Counted from the stretch's first letter, positions 10,806 through 21,522 are shown. The stretch: 64,000 nt of DNA from Alphaproteobacteria bacterium (GCA_965248765.1 CBDFKF010000003.1:653777-717776), one strand, 5' to 3'. The notes: generated by a model from the sequence alone, not told the origin. Made by a program: numbers and translations.

Positions 10806-11116
10806 CCAGGAGGCACGAAACGGTCACGAGATTGGTTGGTATGATAATCCAGCCACGATAGTCCTGCGCAGCCGACCGGTAATGTCCGAGTTGGATCAGG
10901 GGCGGACGAACTTCGCCCTCGTCATTTGCGGCCGCTCTGAGAGGAAAAGCGGACTCACCGAGCGTTGGAGTCTGCTCTTAGGGTCAGAGCGGACGCAACT
11001 CAACCGGCGTCGGAACGGCCGGGCCTAGCCGAGGCTGTTGAAGAACTCCTGAGAAAGCCGTTTTCAACCGAAATCGGCTTGCATCGTCAAATTCGTGAAC
11101 CCCTAAGCTATTGATT

Positions 11117-11482
11117 TTATTGGAGTCGAATTTTCGTTAGTTCACGAAAAGTCACGATTTCAGACCCTCGAAATAGTTCTTCAACAGCCTCAGCCAGAAG
11201 CCGCCGTCCGGGGCGGGCGCTATCGGCTGTAGGGATAGCAACGCGTGCGGTCGAGGGTGAGACCGAAAGCACCCCCAACGCTTGGATCGCCGGTTCATGC
11301 TGTCGGTAAGGGTCGTTGTTGCCCTTGCCCACAATGATAACCCGGAACGCAGGATCGTTCTGGCCACCGGGCGGCAGCATCGCCGTGACTAGCCCTGCAC
11401 CATCTGCATCCCTCAGCGTCAGAAACAGCGGCATCACCCGCTGAACGTGCGCCGCGAGCCCGATATTCTGCTCGAAGGACAC
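11117..11482 (-). CDS. hypothetical protein (possibly the 3' part of a gene disrupted by the adjacent IS21)
   Basis: The 121-aa ORF frame stays open upstream to a stop at ~11573, right at the IS21 left end, with no earlier ATG. No recognisable family. Confidence 0.3.
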   Translation of the reverse strand: MSFEQNIGLAAHVQRVMPLFLTLRDADGAGLVTAMLPPGGQNDPAFRVIIVGKGNNDPYRQHEPAIQALGVLSVSPSTARVAIPTADSARPGRRLLAEAVEELFRGSEIVTFRELTKIRLQ

Positions 11483-11662
11483 CGTCGAAGTCGGCTTGTA
11501 TGTGATGACCGCCTTCTCCCTGGCACGCCGGAAATACTTCGCAACAGCGTGACTGGGAACGGCGGTGAGAAATTAGTCCACGGTAGCGGCGGGATTGTCT
11601 CGCTGCGGGCGGAGCAAAACTCTGCCACTTGAGCCCTTCCCGGCGACGGGGAGGGCGGGGGC

Positions 11663-13162
11663 ATGCATACCGTGGAACTTTATCGGAAGGTCCGTCTCGC
11701 CTGCCGGGACGGGATGAGCGAGCGTGCGGCGGCGCGTCATTTCGGGATTTCGCGCGAGAGCGTGAAGAAGATGCTGTGCTTTTCGGTGCCTCCGGGCTAT
11801 CGACGGACGGCACCGGTTCGGCGCCCGAAGCTGGACGGGTTCAGCGAGATCATCGACCAGTGGCTGAAGGAGGATCTGAAGCAGCTGCGCAAGCAGCGCC
11901 ACACGGCCAAGCGTATCTCCGACCGGCTTCGCGCCGAGCACGGGTTCGCTGGCGGCTATACCATCATCGTGAAGGACTATGTGCGCGAACATCACCGCCG
12001 GCGGCGGGAGATGTTCGTGCCGCTGATCCATCCACCGGGCCATGGGCAGGCGGACTTCGGCGAGGCGCGTGCGGTGATCGGGGGTGTGGCGCGCAAGGCG
12101 CACTTCTTCGTCTTCGATCTGCCGCACAGCGACGCCTGCTATGTGCGGGCCTACCCTGCGGCGACGGCCGAGGCGTGGATCGACGGGCATGTGCATGCCT
12201 TCGCCTTCTTCGGCGGGGTTCCGCAATCGGTTCTCTACGACAACGACCGCTGCCTGGTGTCGCGCATTCTGGCGGACGGGACGCGCAGGCGGGCGCGGCT
12301 CTTCGGCGGGTTCTTGTCGCATTACCTCGTACGCGATCGTTACGGGCGCCCGGGCAAGGGGAACGACAAGGGCGCGGTGGAGGGTCTGGTGGGCTTTGCC
12401 CGGCGCAACTTCATGGTGCCGCTGCCGCGCTTTGCCGGCTGGGAAGCGTTCAATCTGCGGCTCGAGGAGCAGTGCCGCCGCCGCCAGGGCGACATCCTGC
12501 GCGGGCACCGAGAGACCATCGGGGAGCGCCTGGTGCGGGATCTGGAGGCCATGGCCGCGCCGCCGGCGGCGCCCTTCGAGGCCTGCGCCCAGGCTCCCGG
12601 ACAGGTCAGCTCGCAGTCTCTGGTTCGTTACGAGACCAACGACTACTCGGTGCCGGTGGCCTATGGCCATCGCGACGTCTGGGTGCGCGGTTACGTCGAC
12701 CGGGTGGTGATCGGCTGTGGCGGAGAGGTCATCGCCCGCCATCCCCGGTCCTATGAGCGTGAGGACACGATCTTCGAGCCGATCCACTATCTGCCCCTGA
12801 TCGAGCAGAAGATCGGCGCGCTGGATCAGGCGGCGCCTCTCGCCGGATGGGACCTGCCGCCCGAGTTCCAGACCCTGCGCCGCCTGATGGAGGCGCGCTC
12901 GGGCCAGGCGGGGCGGCGGGAATATGTGCAGATCCTGCGGCTGCTGGAGAGCTTCGGGCTGGAGGATCTCCACGGCGCCGTGAAGGACGCCCTGCGCCTG
13001 GGCGCCATCGGCTTCGACGCGGTCAAGCATCTGGTGCTGTGCCGGGTCGAGAAGCGCCCGCCGAAGCTCGACCTCGACGTCTACCCGTATCTGCCGAAGG
13101 CCACTGCCGGCAGGACCTCGGCCGCCAGCTACATGTGCCTGCTGTCGGAAGACGCGGCATGA
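11663..13162 (+). CDS. istA: IS21-family transposase IstA
   Basis: 499 aa. N-terminal HTH (MHTVELYRKVRLACRDGMSERAAARHFGISRESVKKML) and a DDE integrase core. Confidence 0.9.
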   Translation: MHTVELYRKVRLACRDGMSERAAARHFGISRESVKKMLCFSVPPGYRRTAPVRRPKLDGFSEIIDQWLKEDLKQLRKQRHTAKRISDRLRAEHGFAGGYTIIVKDYVREHHRRRREMFVPLIHPPGHGQADFGEARAVIGGVARKAHFFVFDLPHSDACYVRAYPAATAEAWIDGHVHAFAFFGGVPQSVLYDNDRCLVSRILADGTRRRARLFGGFLSHYLVRDRYGRPGKGNDKGAVEGLVGFARRNFMVPLPRFAGWEAFNLRLEEQCRRRQGDILRGHRETIGERLVRDLEAMAAPPAAPFEACAQAPGQVSSQSLVRYETNDYSVPVAYGHRDVWVRGYVDRVVIGCGGEVIARHPRSYEREDTIFEPIHYLPLIEQKIGALDQAAPLAGWDLPPEFQTLRRLMEARSGQAGRREYVQILRLLESFGLEDLHGAVKDALRLGAIGFDAVKHLVLCRVEKRPPKLDLDVYPYLPKATAGRTSAASYMCLLSEDAA

Positions 13163-13923
13163 CGGACAGGCCCCACATCCTGCTGGCGCACCACCTCAAG
13201 ACCCTCAAGCTGCCGACCTTCCTGCGGGAATACGAGAAAGTGGCGCGCCAGTGCGCGGCCGAGGGCCTGGATCAGGTTCAGTTCCTGGCCCGGCTGGTGG
13301 AGCTGGAACTGATCGATCGCGAACGGCGCATGGTCGAGCGGCGCATCAAGGCAGCGAAGTTCCCGGTCGCCAAGAGCCTCGACAGCTTCGACTTCAAGGC
13401 CATCCCCGCGCTGAACAAGGCGCAGGTGCTGGAGTTGGCGCGCTGCGAGTGGATCGAGCGGCGCGAGAACGTCATCGCCCTGGGCCCGAGCGGCACGGGC
13501 AAGACCCATGTCGCCCTTGGGCTCGGACTGGCCGCCTGCCAGAGGGGCCTCTCTACGGGCTTCACCACGGCCGCCGCGCTCGTGCACGAGTTGATGGAAG
13601 CCCGCGACGAGCGCCGCCTCCTGCGGCTCCAGAAGCAGATGGTCGCCTGCACGCTGCTGATCATCGACGAGTTGGGCTTCGTGCCGCTGAGCAAGACCGG
13701 CGCCGAGCTTCTGTTCGAGCTGATCTCGCAGCGCTACGAGCGGGGCGCCACGCTCATCACCTCCAACCTCCCCTTCGACGAATGGACCGGGACCTTCGGC
13801 TCCGAGCGCCTGACCGGGGCACTGCTCGACCGTCTCACCCATCACGTCAACATCCTCGAGATGAACGGCGACAGCTACCGCCTCAGCCAGAGCCGCGCCC
13901 GCAGAAACAGCGCCGATAGCTGA
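13159..13923 (+). CDS. istB: IS21-family helper ATPase IstB
   Basis: The start MTDRPHILLAHHLKTLKL overlaps the istA stop (ATGA). Walker A GPSGTGKTH and Walker B LLIIDELG. The longer ORF 12847..13923 is an upstream in-frame extension inside istA. Confidence 0.9.
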   Translation: MTDRPHILLAHHLKTLKLPTFLREYEKVARQCAAEGLDQVQFLARLVELELIDRERRMVERRIKAAKFPVAKSLDSFDFKAIPALNKAQVLELARCEWIERRENVIALGPSGTGKTHVALGLGLAACQRGLSTGFTTAAALVHELMEARDERRLLRLQKQMVACTLLIIDELGFVPLSKTGAELLFELISQRYERGATLITSNLPFDEWTGTFGSERLTGALLDRLTHHVNILEMNGDSYRLSQSRARRNSADS

Positions 13924-14719
13924 ACTCCGGCGCGCCACCGATCGGCCCCGGCCGGCAACGCGCCTCTAAGGCCCGGGTGGCGAGACTGACCCCAACCCGA
14001 CAAACCATGCCGCCCTGCGGGCGGCCGGCGGGCGCGGACCGCTTGAGCTCTGCATGGCTCCGCTGCCCGCTCCCGCCGAAAAACCCTCGCACCGCATCGC
14101 CGAATCCCAGTCTCACGCCAAGCTCAGCCCACCAGCCCAGGTGGCAGTCTTTTGCGCCGCCCCTTGGCCGAATCTTCAACCGGCGTTGACACGTGACCCA
14201 TCTGCGCCGATTCCTGCTCGGCCTCGGCATCGGTCTTGATGCGAAATCAGCTCTTTTTGTCCGGAGCCTCGCAGACGTATTCCATGCCCATTCGCTCTCT
14301 CTCCACCGGGCCCCGGGGAAACGGTTGGGGTCTGGAAGACTGTGCCGACTCAGGAACTTGCCGGGCCATATAGGATCGAAAACGGGCTCGCAAAATGAAC
14401 GGCCACAGCCGACGGATGAAGACGAGTGGCACGCGCTCAGCTATCTACAAGCGCTCGCGCAAGGCCTGGACGACCAGCAGCCCCCCCGGGCCTGAACAAC
14501 AGAATCAGAATGACGAGGGCAAAGACGAACGCGTCGCGGAATGGCCGCATCTCACCGACCCCTAGGCAGCCGGACTTAGCCGTGAACACAAGTCAGTGAG
14601 ATCTCACTTCGGCGGGCGGTCGCGCCGAGAAATACGCGATCGTATCGACGCCAACTATAGGCGCTTGCCCCGATTCCCGGGCATCCTCGCCTTGCCGCGC
14701 ACGCACGACGGAAAGCGAC

Positions 14720-16756
14720 ATGACCGCCTATCCTCGCCTCTTCTCCGAGTGGACGATCCGCAACACCAAGATCAAGAACCGGATCGTCTTCCCGCCGACC
14801 TGCCCGACCTGGGTGTCGGATCCGTGGAACGGACTGTTCACCGACCAGGCCACCGCCTATTACGCGGAGCGCGCAAAGGGGGGCCTCGGCCTGATCGTTA
14901 TCGGCGGCACTCACGTCCATCCGAGTTCCATCACGGCGCCCGCGCTAATGCCCCAGCTGTTCGATGACCGTCAGATCGAGCCCTTGTCAAAGATAGCGGC
15001 AGCGGCGCACGAGCACGGCTGCAAGCTTGCGATCCAGCTTTGGCACTCGGGCGTGCGCGGCTTCCCTACCTTCAAGCAGCACCCGGGCTACGACCCTGAC
15101 GCCACTTGGTACACGCCTCCCCGAGCCAGGCGCCGCTCGGCGAGTTCCCTGGCGCCTCGACGCCGAAAGAAATGTCCGAGGAAGAGATCGAAGAGATCCT
15201 CGAGGCCCACGCGGCCGCCGCTAAGCGCGTGATCGCGGCCGGGCTCGACGGGGTAGAGCTTCACCTAAGCCACGGGTACTTGCCCTGGCAGTTCTTGTCG
15301 CCGCTCTACAACAAGCGCACCGATCGCTGGGGCGGCTCCTACGAGAAGCGGCTAAGCTTCCCCGTCGAGGCGTTGCGCCGCATGCGTGCGGCGATCGGTG
15401 ACGGCCCGTTCCTTAGCTACCGCATCAACTCGACCTCGTTCTGGCCTGGCGACCTCGAAATCGACGACATAAGAAGGATCGTTCCCGACATCGAGAAGCA
15501 GGCAGACATCGACTTCGTCGACGTCTCCGCTGGCGTGCACCACGCCTTCATCCACACGCCCGTTCAAGGGCGGCTGGGAACGAGGCTACGCACGGAAAAT
15601 CCGGGAGGTGTCATCGAAGCCCGTGCTCGCAGTCGGGCGGATTACGACGCCTGACGTCGCCGAGATGTTGCTCGAAGCGGGTGATGCGGATGCCATCTGT
15701 CTCGCGCGCCAGCTGTTCACCGATCCCTATTGGGCCGTGAAGGTGCAGGAGGGCCGTACCGACGACATTCGTCCCTGCGTTGCCGCCAACTTCTGCTGGA
15801 AGAGCGCCGGTCGCGGCGGTCGCGTGCAGTGCGTCTACAACCCGGCGATCGGCCGCGAGGCCGAGTGGGGCGAAGGGACACTCACCGAGGCGGCGACCTC
15901 GAAAAAGGTCCTGGTCATTGGCGGCGGGCCTGCTGGGCTTGAGTTCGCCCGCATCGCCGCGGCGCGAGGGCACCGCGTCACCGTGCTCGAACGCGAGGCC
16001 GAGCTAGGCGGGCACGTGCGCCTCCAGTCGCTCTTGCCCGACCGCGGCGAGTACGGCGAGATCGCTCTCTGGCTCGCACGCCAAGCGCGCAAGAACGGCG
16101 CCGAACTCCGCACCTCGGCGCCGTTCACGCCGGAGAACCTCGATATGGTGCTCGAAGCCGAGCGGCCCGACCACGTGGTCGTCGCCACCGGGTCAATCGT
16201 CGCGCGCGACGGCTTCCAAGGCTGGACGAGCGAGGCACTCTCCGGTTGGGAGAGCGGCAACTGCATCGGTTGGGAGGAGGTCGTGACCGCGAAGGCGGGG
16301 GCGGCGGGCGCAACCTTCCCGGGCGACGTCATTATGCTCGACGACATGAACGACGTGATCGCGCCGCTCTGCGCCGTTGCGCTGGCGAGAAGCGGTGCTT
16401 CCTCCGTGAGGCTCGCCACCCGCTGGCCAATGGTCGGCATCGAGACAATCGGCGACGTCTACCTCGATTGGATCCTGCCCAAGGTCTACAAGAGCGGCGT
16501 CGAGATGCTGTGCGACCACTTCGTCCGAAGGATCGAGGAGAACAAGGTCACCCTCTGCAACGTTCACCACGAGGAAGCCGAGATGGAGGTCAAGGCCGAC
16601 TGGATCGTCATGGCGACCGGAAGGCGCTCCGAAAACGCGTTTTTTGGCCTCATCAAGGAGCGAGGCCTTAGCGTCGAGACGATTGGCGACGCGACGGCGC
16701 CGCGCTCAACGTACGAGGCGGTCTACGAGGGGCACCGCCAGGCGCGCAAGGTGTGA
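14720..16756 (+). pseudogene. Old-Yellow-Enzyme / 2,4-dienoyl-CoA reductase (FadH)-like flavoenzyme, split into 3 frames
   Basis: ORF 14720..15232 holds the OYE TIM-barrel N-terminus. ORF 15106..15654 holds the barrel continuation. ORF 15608..16756 has a Cys-rich linker (CVAANFCWKSAGRGGRVQC) and a C-terminal FAD/NAD(P)-binding domain (VLVIGGGPAGLEFA). The summed length of ~679 codons equals that of an intact FadH-type enzyme. Confidence 0.7.
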
Positions 16757-17126
16757 GCGCGCCTCCGGAGCAAAAGCGGACCTCGTGAGCCCGAGGGTCT
16801 GCTTATAGAGGCAGAGCGGCCGTAACTCTGCGGCCGTCGGTACGGCCGGTCGTAGCCAAAAGGAGACATGACACGGGGCCGAAGGCGCGGCTAAACGCCG
16901 GTCGTGAGAAACCCGCCTACCGGTCCCTGATTTGCACAGGCGAATACTGCTTCCAGCAGAGCGGGTTTACCAGCGGGTGAACCTCATGTTCAGTACGGGG
17001 CCTTGGCGGGGCATATCGCGCGTATCGCTCGCGAGGCATTTCGGGCTGCTATTGTTTGCGCTTCCGGTCTGTAGCAAACTATTTGCAGCACCCGATTTTG
17101 TCCGGTCCGCATGTCACGTTTTAGGC

Positions 17127-17168
17127 GGAGGAACCTGATGTTCCTCCCAATGACAATTGTCAGGGAGG
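17127..17168 (+). promoter_or_regulatory. 5' leader elements of the pot-like operon: hairpin ggaggaac-ctgat-gttcctcc (17127..17147), 12-bp palindrome tgacaattgtca (17151..17162), SD gggagg (17163..17168)
   Basis: Perfect inverted repeats read directly from the sequence. The hairpin's CCUCC arm is complementary to the downstream GGGAGG Shine-Dalgarno. Confidence 0.4.
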
Positions 17169-17176
17169 CTTTCGAC

Positions 17177-18205
17177 ATGAGAATTTCTTTCTTGCGCGCG
17201 CTGGCGATCGCCGCCGTAGGAGCGATCGCCTTTGGTAACACGAGCCTCGCCGGCAAGGGCGAGCTCCGCTTTATCGGCTGGGAAGGCTATGCCGACGATG
17301 ACTGGGTGGCGGAGTTCGAGGAGAAGTACGACGCCGATGTCTCGGTGTTCTACATCGGCTCGAATGACGAGATGTTCGCGAAGATGAAGGCCAGCGAGGC
17401 CCAGGACTACGACGTGATGACCGTCAACACCGGCGAGCTTCAGCGCCACATCGACCTTGGTCTGGTCAAGCCGCTCGACCTCAACCGCATACCCAACACC
17501 AAGAACTTGCTGCCGGCGTTCCAGGACCTGGCCACGGTGCCGGGCGTCGAGAGGGATGGGCAACCGTACGGCGTGCCGTTCTCCTGGGGCTCGATCACGC
17601 TGATCTACAACAAGGACACCGTGGTCCCAGCGCCGACCTCATGGGAGGTGTTGTGGGACCCGAAGTATAAGGGTCGCGTGATCATCCCGGACAGCGACCA
17701 GCAGATCATTCAGTTCGCCGTCGCGCTTGGGGTCGAGGACCCGTTCAACCTGACCAAGGACGAGATGGCGCACATCAAAAAGCGGGTGATCGACCTGCGC
17801 AGTAATCTCAAGGGCTACTACCTGACCTTCGAGGACTCTCTTCAGTACGTCGAGGACGGCGTCGACCTCATAACCCAGGGTGACGAGTACCGGATCAAGC
17901 TGTTGGAAGCCCGCGGCTATGACAACTACGTCCTCACGGTGCCGGAGGAAGGGGCAATCGGCTGGCTCGACGTCTATACCGTCAGCACCGGCGTCGGCGA
18001 CGAGGACTTGGCCTATGCCTGGATCAATTTCATCCTCGAAAAGCGCATCAGCGAGCAGCTCTCGGAGCGCTTGGGCTATCCCAACGCGGTCACGGAGTCG
18101 GGCCTCATCGACTATGCCGACAAGCTGACGTGGCTCAAGGCAGTCGAGGACTTCACCTGGCGCACCAACGTCTGGAACGAGATCAAGGCGGCCCCGATTC
18201 AGTAG
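17177..18205 (+). CDS. ABC transporter periplasmic substrate-binding protein, spermidine/putrescine (PotD/PotF) family
   Basis: The signal peptide MRISFLRALAIAAVGAIAFG begins at internal Met23 of ORF 17111..18205. Family features follow (YNKDT..., WLDVYTV). Confidence 0.8.
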   Translation: MRISFLRALAIAAVGAIAFGNTSLAGKGELRFIGWEGYADDDWVAEFEEKYDADVSVFYIGSNDEMFAKMKASEAQDYDVMTVNTGELQRHIDLGLVKPLDLNRIPNTKNLLPAFQDLATVPGVERDGQPYGVPFSWGSITLIYNKDTVVPAPTSWEVLWDPKYKGRVIIPDSDQQIIQFAVALGVEDPFNLTKDEMAHIKKRVIDLRSNLKGYYLTFEDSLQYVEDGVDLITQGDEYRIKLLEARGYDNYVLTVPEEGAIGWLDVYTVSTGVGDEDLAYAWINFILEKRISEQLSERLGYPNAVTESGLIDYADKLTWLKAVEDFTWRTNVWNEIKAAPIQ

Positions 18206-18332
18206 TCTCGATCCAGGATAGCCGCGTGGCTGCCTCGGTTTGACCCAAGGCGGCCACGCGCGCCGGCGTGCGGAGATCGGTAATCGCGAATATCCTGAGG
18301 ACGCTCGCCGCCCATCGGCTCGGTATGCCGAC

Positions 18333-19463
18333 ATGCAATCACTCGGGCCAACGCGGATGACAGCGCCGACCCGGCATCTGTTGGAGCTCAAAGCCGTCGA
18401 CAAGAGCTACGGCGATGTGCGCGTGCTCACCGATATCAACCTCGCCATCGAAGACGGCGAATTCCTGACCATTCTTGGACCCAGCGGGTCGGGCAAGACC
18501 ACGATCTTGCGGCTGATCGGCGGCTTCACAGAGCCGACAAGCGGCCAGATCCTGTTCGATGGCGAGTGTATCGCCCATGTTCCGATCTTCCACCGGCCGT
18601 TCAACACCGTGTTCCAGGACTACGCGCTGTTCCCGCACATGACCGCAGGCGAGAACATCGGCTATGGCCTGCGGGTTCGCGGCGTGCGCAAGGGCGAGGT
18701 CCGCGAGCGAGTCGCCCGGGCATTGTCGGTGGTGGCCTTGGCAGAGTTCGCGGGCCGCTACCCGGCGCAGCTGAGCGGCGGTCAGCGCCAGCGCGTCGCC
18801 CTCGCCCGGGCGCTGATTCTGGAGCCGCGAATGCTGCTGCTGGATGAGCCGCTCGGGGCTTTGGATGCTGAGCTGAGACGCCAGATGCAGACCTTTCTGA
18901 TGAACCTTCAAAAGGATATCCACACCACATTCCTGTTCGTGACCCACGATCAGGAGGAAGCGATCACCATGTCCGATCGCATTTGCGTGATGCGCGAGGG
19001 CTACATTGAGCAGGTTGGACTGCCGACCGAGATCTACTATCGCCCCCGGACGGAGTTCGTCGCGAATTTCTTCGGCGACAACAACCTGATCGGGGGCACG
19101 CTTGGCGGGCTTGACCGCGGCACCCGCACCGTCGATACCCCGCTTGGCGGCATCTGCTCCGTTGTTGAGAGCCAGTCCGAGGCCGGCGGTTCACCGGCCG
19201 GTCGCCCTGTCAAGCTCGCGGTGCGGCCCGAGAGCATTCGTTTGGCGCGCGGGAACCTCACCACGGACAATCGTTTCGGCGTGCGGATCGAGGATATCCG
19301 CTTCGTCGGTCCGACCTCGCATGTGGTGGCTCGCCCCCGCTCAGGATCGGATCTGGTGCTGACGGTCAAGCTGCCGAGCAAGGTGACCGGGGGCGAGTTT
19401 CGTGTTGGCGATGAGGCGGAGATCGGGTGGGATGCGGTTGAATGCAGCGTAGTGCTGCTGTAG
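18333..19463 (+). CDS. ABC transporter ATP-binding protein, PotA/PotG family with C-terminal TOBE domain (start uncertain, Met at 18333 or 18357)
   Basis: Walker A GPSGSGKTT, signature LSGGQRQRVALARAL, Walker B LLLDEPLGALD. The C-terminal region is TOBE-like. Confidence 0.85.
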   Translation: MQSLGPTRMTAPTRHLLELKAVDKSYGDVRVLTDINLAIEDGEFLTILGPSGSGKTTILRLIGGFTEPTSGQILFDGECIAHVPIFHRPFNTVFQDYALFPHMTAGENIGYGLRVRGVRKGEVRERVARALSVVALAEFAGRYPAQLSGGQRQRVALARALILEPRMLLLDEPLGALDAELRRQMQTFLMNLQKDIHTTFLFVTHDQEEAITMSDRICVMREGYIEQVGLPTEIYYRPRTEFVANFFGDNNLIGGTLGGLDRGTRTVDTPLGGICSVVESQSEAGGSPAGRPVKLAVRPESIRLARGNLTTDNRFGVRIEDIRFVGPTSHVVARPRSGSDLVLTVKLPSKVTGGEFRVGDEAEIGWDAVECSVVLL

Positions 19464-20335
19464 CACCGGCACTGAGGCGGAGGACCGCGGGCGGCGAGGC
19501 GGCCCGCAAGTGGCTTTGGCTAGGCACCAATTTCGGCCTGCCGGCGCTGCTCATCCTGGTGCCGGTCGCTGCGTTTCTCGTGCACAGCTTCTGGACCGTG
19601 GACGATTTTCACGTGGTCCGCGAGTTCTCGCTCCACAACTACCGCCGTTTCTTCGCCGAACAGCTGTTCGTCCCGCTGTTCCTCAAGACGTGTGGGCTTG
19701 CCCTGAAGGTCACCGGCGTCGCGCTGGTGGTTGGCTATCCGGTCGCCTATTTCCTGGCCTTGCTGCGCGGGACCGTCAAGTACGCGGCGGTACTGTTGTT
19801 CGTCGTCCCGCTGCTGATGAGCTACATCATCAAGATCTACGCGATCCGCAGCATTCTCGGTAACAACGGATTTCTCAATCGTCTTCTGGTCTGGCTCGGC
19901 ATCCTCGACCGGCCCACCGACGCGTTTGCCTACAACCTGGAGGCGGTGCTCATCACCCTGGTGGTGCTCCTGCTGCCATTGATGATCCTGCCGATCTTCG
20001 TCTCCCTGGAACGGATGCCGCGCAGTCTCCTCGAAGCCTCGGGCGATCTCGGCGCCACGGTCGGCCAGACTTTCCTCAGGATTGTCCTGCCGCTCAGCCT
20101 GCCGGGTGTCGTGGTCGGGGTTTCGTTCACGTTCATTCTTGCGCTTGGCGACTTCATCACGCCGACCATGGTCGGCGGCATGACCGGATTCACGTACGGC
20201 GCGGCGGTGTTCAGCCAGTTCGGCACCGCTTTCGACTGGCCGTTCGGCGCCATGCTCTCGGTGATGTTGCTGATCGTCGTGTTGGCCGCGATGTTCCTGG
20301 CCGGCCGGCTCGGCCGGCCGCGTGGGATTACCTGA
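19442..20335 (+). CDS. ABC transporter permease (PotB/PotH-like)
   Basis: 297 aa with multiple TM segments. Overlaps the ATPase stop. EAS.DLGA binding-protein-dependent transport signature. Confidence 0.8.
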   Translation: MQRSAAVAPALRRRTAGGEAARKWLWLGTNFGLPALLILVPVAAFLVHSFWTVDDFHVVREFSLHNYRRFFAEQLFVPLFLKTCGLALKVTGVALVVGYPVAYFLALLRGTVKYAAVLLFVVPLLMSYIIKIYAIRSILGNNGFLNRLLVWLGILDRPTDAFAYNLEAVLITLVVLLLPLMILPIFVSLERMPRSLLEASGDLGATVGQTFLRIVLPLSLPGVVVGVSFTFILALGDFITPTMVGGMTGFTYGAAVFSQFGTAFDWPFGAMLSVMLLIVVLAAMFLAGRLGRPRGIT

Positions 20336-21132
20336 TGGTCGCGCCTTGGTACATCCGCGTGGTCCTCGGGGTGCTGGCCGGCACCACCCTCATCGTCCTG
20401 TTCGGGCCGGTCCTTGTGGTGTGGTTCTTCTCTTTTTTCCAACAGCGCAAGGGCAAGGTGCAGTGGGACAGCTTCACGTTCGATTGGTACGTCCGGCTGT
20501 TCGAGAACGATTCCATCATGAACGCGCTCTTCAACAGCCTCGTCGTTGGCTTCTTTGCGGTGTTGGTCGCGCTCGTCCTCGGGACGTTGTTCGCGGTCTA
20601 TTACAACGGCCGCGGTCGCGGGCGCGAGGCACAACAGTTCGTGATCTTCCTGCCGTTCCTGCTGCCGCCGATCATCACCGGGCTGGCGCTCCTGATTTTC
20701 TTTCGCGAGGTCGGCCTGGACCGCTCGCTGGTCACGGTGGCGATCGGTCACACGCTGTTCGTATTGGCCTTGGCGTACCGCATCATCATTTCGCAGCTGC
20801 AGTCGCTGAGCCACAGCCTGGTCGAGGCATCCTACGATCTCGGTGCCAACCGCTGGCAAACCGTTTGGTATGTCCTGCTGCCCAACATCCGAACCGCGAT
20901 CGTGGTCGCCGCTGTGCTGGCGTTCGCGCTGTCTTTCGATGAGACATTGATCTCGCTGTTCCTGGTCGGGAGCGAAATGACCCTGCCGGTCAGGCTGTGG
21001 GGGATGATGCGGGTCGGCTTCAAGCCCGAGGTCAACGCTCTCGTCACCCTCATTATCCTCTTCTCGGCGGCGTTGTTTTTCGCGGTGGCACGGCTGTCGC
21101 GGCGCACCGGCGACGAGCTGACCCGGTTGTGA
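20335..21132 (+). CDS. ABC transporter permease (PotC/PotI-like)
   Basis: 265 aa integral membrane protein with an EASYDLGAN signature. Start overlaps the upstream stop. Confidence 0.8.
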   Translation: MVAPWYIRVVLGVLAGTTLIVLFGPVLVVWFFSFFQQRKGKVQWDSFTFDWYVRLFENDSIMNALFNSLVVGFFAVLVALVLGTLFAVYYNGRGRGREAQQFVIFLPFLLPPIITGLALLIFFREVGLDRSLVTVAIGHTLFVLALAYRIIISQLQSLSHSLVEASYDLGANRWQTVWYVLLPNIRTAIVVAAVLAFALSFDETLISLFLVGSEMTLPVRLWGMMRVGFKPEVNALVTLIILFSAALFFAVARLSRRTGDELTRL

Positions 21133-21299
21133 GACGTGCGCTCAGATGCCCGGTCTGTCCCACAGATATGTTGGGAGGATGTGCCAAACAGCACGGAATC
21201 CCGCCCGGCCTTGCCAGTGGCGGGGTTCCGTGCTGTTTGGCCATTGCAGATACCGAAGAAGCACCGCTCTTGTGCGTGGCGCTGGGAAGCGGACGCGTT

Positions 21300-21522
21300 C
21301 TCGAAGAGCTGCGGACACTCCGCCATGCGGTCTCTTCGCCGCCGGCGGTGACATAGCGGGCAGGCAACCCGGTGATGCGCTGGTGGCCCTCGCCGGTGAT
21401 GAACATCTCGAACAGTGCGCGGGCCGATACGCCAGCGAAATGCGGCGTCTGATTCAGCGTCGCGGCAGAGGCGGCGGTGACGCCGCAGATTAGCGCCAGG
21501 GCGATGAAGGACCGAAACATTG
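21300..21522 (-). CDS. hypothetical secreted protein fragment (signal peptide MFRSFIALALICGVTAASA)
   Basis: The N-terminus of minus ORF 21053..21628 from its internal Met. The downstream half is R/P/S-rich and overlaps the permease gene, so the real product is probably short or truncated. Confidence 0.25.

Larger units (their letters stand above)
11580..14000 (+). mobile_element. IS21-family insertion sequence, apparently intact (istA + istB); ends approximate
   Basis: Full-length IstA and IstB with a 4-bp overlap. Ends are estimated from typical IS21 architecture. Terminal repeats were not resolved by eye. Confidence 0.8.

Noticed and set aside
12847-13158. N-terminal extension of the istB ORF (358-aa ORF 12847..13923)
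   Set aside because: The extension lies inside istA in another frame and is Gly/Arg/Pro-rich. The canonical IstB start MTDRPHILLAHH at 13159 overlaps the istA stop as in other IS21 elements.
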